Source: a bacterium (lineage in GTDB: Bacteria; Zhuqueibacterota; Zhuqueibacteria; Oceanimicrobiales; Oceanimicrobiaceae). Taken from it: a stretch of DNA of 21,675 bases. The notes beneath the pieces are model-generated. The model was not told the origin of the DNA, searched no databases, and was given only the letters and a program-made list of their open reading frames with translations. The position numbers were made by a program, and so were the translations under genes. Positions 15,430-21,675 of the stretch are shown here, one piece after another. The stretch spans positions 1 to 21,675 of the forward strand of contig JBHHYI010000068.1 of NCBI GenBank assembly GCA_046757525.1, in the 5' to 3' direction. The number at the start of each line of letters is the position of its first letter. Within the stretch, counting starts at the first letter, position 1.

Positions 15430-16101
15430 TTACTCTTCAATCACATATTCAAAAGTTAACAATGCCACGATGACAAAGATGATGTCAAAGGCAATTAATA
15501 TCTTCATCCAGCCCCAGGCTACGCTCCATTCTTGTTCTTCAAAGATAGCTACCGTGGCCTGCACAGAGCTAATGGTGATGGGGATGGAAACTGGAAAATG
15601 CAATATAGGCAGCATCACCTCCCGCGTTTTTGTATTCACGGCGATGGCCGAGAAAAGGGTGCCAGTGACGGCGAACCCCACCGTGCCCAGGAAAATGACC
15701 AAAAGCAGACGCGGCAAGGAACCGAGAATGTTGAAATCGAAGAAGATGCTGAACACAGGCAATATGATCAATTCAACCATGCTTATGAATAACAAGTTCA
15801 CCAGGAACTTGCTGATGTAAATAACGTTGCGGTTGGTAGGTGCCAGCATTAACCCCTGCAAGCAACCTTTGTCGACTTCGTACACAAACGAGCGATTCAT
15901 GCCCAGCAAACTGGCGAAAATGAAGGTCATCCACAGCATGCCCGGGGCTGCGGCCTGCACAAACTCATTTCCCGGCGGAAAGGCGAAATTAAAGATCACT
16001 GCGACAATTAAGCTGAAGATCAACATGGACAGGATCATCTCTTTGGTACGAAATTCCGAAAGAATGTCCTTCCAGAGGATGGCAGTGATTTTTCTCAGCA
16101 T
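15430..16101 (-). CDS. ccmB: Heme exporter protein CcmB
   Basis: ILWKD..SE.R.KE; PG.LW; RSF..E.D.G.L.GL.LAP; REV.LPIL.FP..IP; position between ccmA and ccmC. Confidence 0.95.
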   Translation of the reverse strand: MLRKITAILWKDILSEFRTKEMILSMLIFSLIVAVIFNFAFPPGNEFVQAAAPGMLWMTFIFASLLGMNRSFVYEVDKGCLQGLMLAPTNRNVIYISKFLVNLLFISMVELIILPVFSIFFDFNILGSLPRLLLVIFLGTVGFAVTGTLFSAIAVNTKTREVMLPILHFPVSIPITISSVQATVAIFEEQEWSVAWGWMKILIAFDIIFVIVALLTFEYVIEE

Positions 16102-16103
16102 GA

Positions 16104-16934
16104 TCAATGAATTTTTCTTGCTACGATTTCGTAGTAGGTATTTCGAAAAGTGCTTGCATCGATGGCAGCACGGTCTGCGTAAAAAGCGATTTGGCCTTTA
16201 TTCAAAATCGCAACGGCATCTGCCATTTCGATGCCTCGTTCCAGATCGTGGGTCACCATCAGTATGGTGCGGCTCTTGCTCCTCAGGCGCTTCAACCAAT
16301 CGGAGAGCATTTCGGCGGCGTGCTGGTCGAGACCCGTGTACGGTTCGTCCAGGAGCAGCACGCTTGGTTGGTGCAGCATCGCCCGGGCAATGGAGAGCCG
16401 CTGTTGCATGCCTCTGGAGAATGCTCGTACCCGGTCGCTGCGACGGTGTTGCAAGCCAACCTCAGCAAGGACCTGGTCGATTCTTACGGAGAGTTCAGGA
16501 ACGTCATACAGCTTACCGTAAAAGCGTAGATTCTCCTCCGCGGTTAATTCCTCGTAGAGAAAAGTCTGGTGGGCAATCACTCCGATTTGCCTTCGGACGC
16601 TTTCCGGCTCCTTATCCAAGGAAAAGCCTCCAATGGTGACACTCCCAGAGGAGGCTGTGGTTAAAGTCGAAACGATTCGGATTAAAGTAGTTTTGCCAGC
16701 ACCATTGGGTCCAAAAATCGTAAGATATTGACCCTTGTCGACCGATAGATTTACGCCTTTGAGTGCGTAATTGCTGCCAAAAGTTTTGCTCAGTCCTTTT
16801 ATTTCAATCTTGGCAATCCTTGGCTCTAACTCGACGGACTCTTTAGATTCAATAGGGGTATTGATTTCACCTCCGCTACTCTGGTGCCGGGATGTTGCCG
16901 AAAACCCCCATTCGGGGAAATTTGCTGCATTCAA
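16104..16934 (-). CDS. ccmA: Heme ABC exporter ATP-binding protein CcmA
   Basis: GPNGAGKTT; LY.ELTAEENLRF; FSRGMQQR; LLLDEPYTGLD; VTHD. Start codon uncertain. Confidence 0.93.
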   Translation of the reverse strand: MNAANFPEWGFSATSRHQSSGGEINTPIESKESVELEPRIAKIEIKGLSKTFGSNYALKGVNLSVDKGQYLTIFGPNGAGKTTLIRIVSTLTTASSGSVTIGGFSLDKEPESVRRQIGVIAHQTFLYEELTAEENLRFYGKLYDVPELSVRIDQVLAEVGLQHRRSDRVRAFSRGMQQRLSIARAMLHQPSVLLLDEPYTGLDQHAAEMLSDWLKRLRSKSRTILMVTHDLERGIEMADAVAILNKGQIAFYADRAAIDASTFRNTYYEIVARKIH

Positions 16935-16998
16935 TTTCAGTCAGAATTTTTCTCAAAAAGAGAGTCGCGCCTGCGCCTTCGATGTCCCCTTTCCGGTC

Positions 16999-17406
16999 TC
17001 AGGACGATGATACTTTGTTCCCGCAATTAGCACAATACTTGTCCTCACTTGAGATGGCGGTACCGCAAATCCAACAGTAATGCATTGTTTTTGAAGTTGC
17101 ACGCCTCCCTTTTTTCTGCTTTCGCCTCTGAAATTGATCGATTTTTTTCAGCAATCCAATAGCCTCGTCCTTATATTGCTGTCGCAATTGCCGGAAATCT
17201 TCTTCGGACAGCTTTCCCATCCGATAATCGAATTCGATATCTTTTATGGCCGCATAAATGTTGTTTTTGTTTTCTTCTAAATCGTTGGCCCGGTGATTAG
17301 AATGAGCTTGCCGCCACAATTCTTTCTTCTCTTTTGATTGAACGATGGGATAGGCGATCAAGAACGATGTTGCAGCGGCTAACAGTATGAAAATAATTTC
17401 CGTCAT
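16999..17406 (-). CDS. ccm-associated membrane-anchored protein (CcmI/CycH N-terminal-like) with a C-terminal zinc ribbon
   Basis: N-terminal TM ending AYP; IKDIEFDYRMGKLSEEDF..LR..Y..EA motif; CWIC-x10-CANC; first gene of the ccm operon. Confidence 0.75.
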   Translation of the reverse strand: MTEIIFILLAAATSFLIAYPIVQSKEKKELWRQAHSNHRANDLEENKNNIYAAIKDIEFDYRMGKLSEEDFRQLRQQYKDEAIGLLKKIDQFQRRKQKKGRRATSKTMHYCWICGTAISSEDKYCANCGNKVSSS

Positions 17407-17440
17407 GTTGGTGTAGCCTCGTTATCTATATGGACGCGAC

Positions 17441-17469
17441 AATATAAGGATTCGACCGAATATTTACAA
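17441..17469 (-). promoter_or_regulatory. Putative sigma-70 promoter of the ccm operon
   Basis: Minus strand TTGTAA (17469-17464), 17-bp spacer, TATATT (17446-17441). Confidence 0.5.
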
Positions 17470-17545
17470 AGATTTTTTTGCGATTTGGTGTAAAAAAGCC
17501 CCCAGGAAAAATTACCTCCATATTTCGGCCTGGACCGCCGCGCAA

Positions 17546-18331
17546 TCATGCTTTAACATTTTGGGCCTTCGAGACCTTGGTCCTGGTTTTTGCTCTGGAA
17601 AGGCCAAGTCCAATCCAAACGAGTCCCGTGATAATTAATGCGATGCTGATGAGCTGAGCCATGGTCAATCCCAACAAGACCTTGGGCGTTGTGCGGAAAA
17701 ACTCCGTAAATATTCTGCCGATTCCGAGCAATATCAGATACAAACTGAATTTGAAGCCCGTGGGGTAGGTTTTCTTGCGAAGTTTCCACAGAAATGCAAA
17801 GATGGACAGTAGAATGATCATGTCGTAAATCGGGGTCGGATGGACCAATTGATTGGTCGGCACCACCCCCTTAGGAAACGATAACGCCCAGGGCACGTGT
17901 GTGGCGTATCCGTAATCGCCGTCGCCGGAGAGCAGACAGCCCATGCGGCCAAAGGTTTGGCCCAGTGCCAACAACGGAGCCATCAGGTCGCAGATGATTG
18001 GTATACTGATTTTATTATGGTTCACGTACCAGGTCACCCCAACAAAGCCTCCAGCCAGCCCTCCGTACCACACCAGGCCGGCACCGGTGAAAATCATGTC
18101 CCAGGGGTGAGCAAAGAATTGCGGTAAACGTTCAGCGATGAAATAGAGGCGTGCGCCCACAAATCCGCCGATCATGGCCGCCACAGCGATTCCGTTAGCG
18201 ATGTCTGGATCGAGATGAATGCGGGCCAGTTCTTTTCGCAGGATCAGCGTGGGCACCAAGAACGCCAGCATGGCCATGACGCCGAAACTGTTGATCGTCA
18301 AGGGCCCAATTTTGAAGAGTTCTGGTATCAT
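17546..18331 (-). CDS. lgt: Prolipoprotein diacylglyceryl transferase
   Basis: P.LF.IGP.TI.SFG; GARL; GL.WYGGL.GG; GRMGC...G...YG; HPT..Y; R...EFFR. Confidence 0.93.
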   Translation of the reverse strand: MIPELFKIGPLTINSFGVMAMLAFLVPTLILRKELARIHLDPDIANGIAVAAMIGGFVGARLYFIAERLPQFFAHPWDMIFTGAGLVWYGGLAGGFVGVTWYVNHNKISIPIICDLMAPLLALGQTFGRMGCLLSGDGDYGYATHVPWALSFPKGVVPTNQLVHPTPIYDMIILLSIFAFLWKLRKKTYPTGFKFSLYLILLGIGRIFTEFFRTTPKVLLGLTMAQLISIALIITGLVWIGLGLSRAKTRTKVSKAQNVKA

Positions 18332-18523
18332 GGATCATCCCAAATATTTTAGTCTGCCAACTTGCAATGTTTTGCACATTGAACAAGGAGATTCAAAGGC
18401 AAGACATTGGCCCCTTTTGGGATCCGTCTTGCCTGAGTAAAAAATTTAATTGTCAATAAACTAACAAATTTAATTGTTAAAATCAAGGGGATTAAGGCAA
18501 GCCCAATCCTGTGGCACCGGGTC

Positions 18524-19435
18524 TTATATGCCTGCCACAGCATCCCAGGATGACTTGTCTTCAACGGGTTCGACGTGGATGGTCACTTCGCTATTGGCTA
18601 ATTTTTGTTCTATTTCGCTTTCAATTCTCTCACAAAGGTCGTGAGCCGCCTGCACGGTTGATTCGCCTGCTACTAAGATGTGTAGATCAATAAACCGGAC
18701 CGGTCCGGATTTCCGCGTGCGCAGGTTGTGGAAGTGCTGCACCTCATCTGAATGCCTTCTCAAGATGTGTTCAATGGCTTGCACTTCATCGCCGGGCAAC
18801 GAGTAGTCCATTAACCCTCGAAACGAACGTTTAATCAGGTCTATTCCCGAAAAGACAATGTTCGTTGCAACCCCGAAGGCAATGATTGGGTCGAGGGCTT
18901 TTATGCCGGTAACGGCAACCACGACCAGTCCAGCAACCACGCCAATAGAGGTCCAAACATCGGTCAAAAGATGCCTGGCATCTGCTTCAAGGATGATGGA
19001 ATCGTGCAGCGTGGCGGCCGCTAACAACGCTCTGGCCACAACAAAGTTGACAGCCGAAGCGCTCAGGGCCACGATTAATCCCGTGGTCAGGTTTGGCAGA
19101 GGTATGGGGTGGAGGAGCCTTCGGGTGGCAGAATAAAAAATGCCTCCTGCCGCAATAATAATCAGGGTGCCCTCAACACCGCTGGAAAAATACTCTGCCT
19201 TGTCGTGGCCATAGGTGTGGCTCATGTCTGCCGGCCGGGCGGCGTAAGCCAAAAGCGTCGCTGCTACGATGGCAGCGGTGAGATTCACCACCGATTCTGC
19301 CGCGTCACTCAGGAGTCCCACTGAATCGGTCAGATAATAGGCAGTCAGCTTCAAAGCCAAAGTGACCAACGAGGCCGCAATGGACAAGTAGACCACCTGA
19401 TTTTTGTTTGTTAAGAAGCTCCGCAAAGTGCCCAA
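18524..19435 (-). CDS. Cation diffusion facilitator (FieF/CDF) transporter
   Basis: S.GLLSDAAES; PAD..H.YGH.KAEY; DARHLLTD; LDP; C-terminal domain LRTRKSG...IDLH...AHD...V.IHVEP. Confidence 0.95.
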   Translation of the reverse strand: MGTLRSFLTNKNQVVYLSIAASLVTLALKLTAYYLTDSVGLLSDAAESVVNLTAAIVAATLLAYAARPADMSHTYGHDKAEYFSSGVEGTLIIIAAGGIFYSATRRLLHPIPLPNLTTGLIVALSASAVNFVVARALLAAATLHDSIILEADARHLLTDVWTSIGVVAGLVVVAVTGIKALDPIIAFGVATNIVFSGIDLIKRSFRGLMDYSLPGDEVQAIEHILRRHSDEVQHFHNLRTRKSGPVRFIDLHILVAGESTVQAAHDLCERIESEIEQKLANSEVTIHVEPVEDKSSWDAVAGI

Positions 19436-19500
19436 TCGCTTCGGATTCCTTGTAACTTATGCCACATTTTAATTGAGCTGAGCAAAAAGGGATAACCACA

Positions 19501-20148
19501 TCAAGGGCGCGCTAACTCATTTAGAATCTCTTCAACTAAGTAATGGCCCCCGGGAAAGGTGATGAGCTTGTAGGGAATGTTTTGCTGCTTCAACTGCTGT
19601 TCCTGTTCAGACACACGTGATTCGTTGGCGTATTCATCCTCGGTTCCAAGGACCAGGGTTAACTTTGAATTGGCAAGGATTTCCCGGCTGGCTGCAAGAT
19701 CGAGGTCAGGTGGGACCAGGCCGGCCCACAGGATCAACCGGTCTGCTTTGGCGCAGCCCTGGCTTAGCCAGCGACACACTGTGGCGGTTCCCTGCGAAAA
19801 GCCCAGCACATAAACGCTCACGCTGTCCCTCTCGATTTGCTGGAAAATGCGCGTGTACAGCGTGTTCATATAATTGACATAGTCGGAGATTTCATGCAGG
19901 TGGTCTTCTTTGGTCATCCAGGACGCGCCGATCCGACCGGTAAATCCGCTCAGGTAAGCACGGGACAGCCCTTCGGGGGCAACGATGAGCCGGCGGCCGT
20001 CGTTCAATGCTGCAAAATGCTGGATGAAGTAACCGGCCAGTTGACCATAACCGTGACACACAAACCACACCTGCTGGATGTCCTCGTTTGGTTCGCCTAA
20101 GGTGACGTAGCGGGCGGTTTTAGTCACGGTCAGATGATGTTCCTGCAT
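19501..20148 (-). CDS. Alpha/beta hydrolase (phospholipase/carboxylesterase family)
   Basis: HGYGQ; nucleophile elbow GFSQG; G.EDEY (Asp); F.GGH (His). Start ATG 20148 after ggag, or 20160. Confidence 0.9.
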   Translation of the reverse strand: MQEHHLTVTKTARYVTLGEPNEDIQQVWFVCHGYGQLAGYFIQHFAALNDGRRLIVAPEGLSRAYLSGFTGRIGASWMTKEDHLHEISDYVNYMNTLYTRIFQQIERDSVSVYVLGFSQGTATVCRWLSQGCAKADRLILWAGLVPPDLDLAASREILANSKLTLVLGTEDEYANESRVSEQEQQLKQQNIPYKLITFPGGHYLVEEILNELARP

Positions 20149-20539
20149 GCTTTTCTCCATTGAGACACCTTGGGTTGATGGGTTCCACTAAAATGCGGCG
20201 ATAGCGTTTTAGCTGCACCTGGCCTGCGGGCGTGCCTTTTCGTTTGCTCACGTTGCCGCAAGTTGTCCAGTGGACGGCCACTCTGCGCGCTGTCTTGCCT
20301 TTGCTGAAATAGGCAGCTAACCCTGCAGCCACGCGCTTCACCTGCCGGGGACATTGTGTTGGGTGTTGCGGGTGTCTGGCAATAACGTGTGAACCTGGCA
20401 TTCCGGCCACGTGAAACCAAAAATCGCTGGCCTTGCCCAGCCTGAGGCTCAAAGTTTCATTGGCGGCAGCGCTTTTCCCCACGAGAATTTCCCAGCCCTC
20501 ATCCAGGTGGTACAGTCGAATATCGTCGTTTGTCTTCAT
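20120..20539 (-). CDS. Stand-alone NFACT RNA-binding domain (DUF814) protein
   Basis: GWEILVGKSA..NE.L......D.WFHV...PGSHV...AA.LAAYFSK...V.V.WT....V.K.KG..AG.V pattern. Confidence 0.88.
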   Translation of the reverse strand: MKTNDDIRLYHLDEGWEILVGKSAAANETLSLRLGKASDFWFHVAGMPGSHVIARHPQHPTQCPRQVKRVAAGLAAYFSKGKTARRVAVHWTTCGNVSKRKGTPAGQVQLKRYRRILVEPINPRCLNGEKHAGTSSDRD

Positions 20540-20689
20540 GGCCCAAGTCTACACTCAAGGTAAGAAATATTTGCGGGAAATTCAAGGCATTATCAGTTGT
20601 CGTACGAAGCAACTTCTTTGTTGGTTCTACGTTAAGTGTATTACAAACCGGAACAGCACAGTATTAATGAAAATAGAGGAGTATGTGAA

Positions 20690-20818
20690 ATGATTTTAGT
20701 GGTCGTATTCTTGTTGTCAATTGTTTTTGGTTGTTCGTATTTCTACTTGTGCAGGCGCGGGGAAGAACGCCGGCAAGAATTTCGCCGGCAGTCTCGGGCG
20801 AGTTGGGTGAAAACTTAG
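20690..20818 (+). CDS. Putative 42-aa single-pass membrane protein
   Basis: SD gaggag about 7 nt upstream; hydrophobic MILVVVFLLSIVFGCSYFYL followed by an Arg-rich tail; terminator 20 nt after the stop. Confidence 0.5.
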   Translation: MILVVVFLLSIVFGCSYFYLCRRGEERRQEFRRQSRASWVKT

Positions 20819-20838
20819 TGGCGAGAATCCCCAAAGCG

Positions 20839-20875
20839 AAAAGCCGGGTAAGTATTTCCCCGGCTTTTGTTTTTT
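20839..20875. terminator. Bidirectional Rho-independent terminator
   Basis: aaaagccggg / cccggctttt stem with A and T runs on both sides, between convergent ORFs. Confidence 0.8.
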
Positions 20876-20914
20876 GTGGTTGTGAGGATGTGGGTCTTTC
20901 CCCCAATATTCAAC

Positions 20915-21463
20915 TCAACTATCAGCAGGGACCTTCTTGAGTTTCTGGATGAGTTGTATCGCCATTTGCGGATAAATATGGAAGTCATTGTAGCGCACAA
21001 CGCCTTTCTTGTCGATAATCACGATCCAGGGGGTGCCGCCGGTTCGATAATTTCGCATCAAGATCGAAGGCCTTCCCCGCGTGCCGCTTTGGCCCACCGG
21101 GGTTTTTAGCTCATATTTCTCGATGGTCTTCCTGGCCTTACTGAAGCTATTGTAGTCATACCCTTCAAAGGTGGTCTGCACCGTAACGATGGCCACATCC
21201 GGATCGTCCCGAAATGCGCCGATGACTTGTTTGAGGGTAGGGAACCCGTATTTGTGACAACCCGGACACCAGGACTGGAAGCAGAAAAGGTAAATTACCT
21301 TGCCCTTGAAATCCGTCACGTCCAGTGACTTCTTGCCCTGGGGCAGTTGGTACCACTCTGTCACACCCCAGGTGGGTGCTTTTTGATTAATGATGCCACG
21401 ATGCCTGGGGGTCGCGGTAAACGCTCCTGCAAGCAAGGAAATGAGCAACACAATGTTCAGCAT
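20915..21463 (-). CDS. Exported thioredoxin-fold redoxin (AhpC/TSA or TlpA-like)
   Basis: Signal peptide; AP.W....W; GKV..L.CFQSWCPGCH..GFP; VQT.FEG; YRTGGTPW..IIDK.G.VR. Confidence 0.88.
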   Translation of the reverse strand: MLNIVLLISLLAGAFTATPRHRGIINQKAPTWGVTEWYQLPQGKKSLDVTDFKGKVIYLFCFQSWCPGCHKYGFPTLKQVIGAFRDDPDVAIVTVQTTFEGYDYNSFSKARKTIEKYELKTPVGQSGTRGRPSILMRNYRTGGTPWIVIIDKKGVVRYNDFHIYPQMAIQLIQKLKKVPADS

Positions 21464-21675
21464 GGGAATCCTCTGCTTTGGTTTCTTCTAACTCAATAAA
21501 CTCTGTTAATTGTGAAAACAACTGATTTGGTCAAAAAATTTCCATTTATGACCCCTAACCCGGACGAGCCGGAACCAAACAGGTTTTTTGAAAAGGATGC
21601 TGGTTCCGTTTTACGCGTGACTTCCACGGAAAACAGACAGAATATGTCACCCCTTTCGGGGTTGCCAATTTCCCC

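Noticed and set aside
15827..16639. 270-aa + strand ORF and other antisense ORFs over ccm, Tes and regulator genes
   Set aside because: Shadow ORFs opposite well-supported genes, with no recognisable motifs.
21556..21663. Short hairpins taacccggacgagccggaacc and acccctttcggggt near the window end
   Set aside because: They look like further repeat-family ends, but each is single-copy here and the region is cut by the window edge, so they cannot be supported.

Overview
Bacterial genomic window (lgt, ccmABC(D) and a sigma-54 system all point to a bacterium; the lineage cannot be fixed from sequence alone). Left part: a META lipoprotein, a cytochrome c / SCO / PCu(A)C copper-heme lipoprotein cluster and a Nudix-metallo-beta-lactamase fusion. 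Centre, the most notable part: a sensor-less histidine kinase and an NtrC-type sigma-54 activator sit directly upstream of a -24/-12 promoter. That promoter precedes a B12-binding radical SAM enzyme and a radical SAM enzyme with the motif pattern of tetraether synthase (Tes/GDGT-MAS, MJ0619 family), followed by a DedA/VTT-type membrane protein. Together this is a candidate regulated locus for bacterial membrane-spanning (branched GDGT-type) lipid synthesis. Right part: TlpA, a REP-like repeat cluster, an orphan promoter-to-terminator unit that looks like a structured small RNA, a partial system I cytochrome c maturation operon whose CcmD carries an extra exported domain, lgt, a CDF transporter, an esterase, a stand-alone NFACT-R protein, a possible small membrane protein and a redoxin. 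Two near-identical 162-bp MITEs, each with its own 8-bp target-site duplication, have inserted recently. All protein calls come from motif recognition only; no database search was run.
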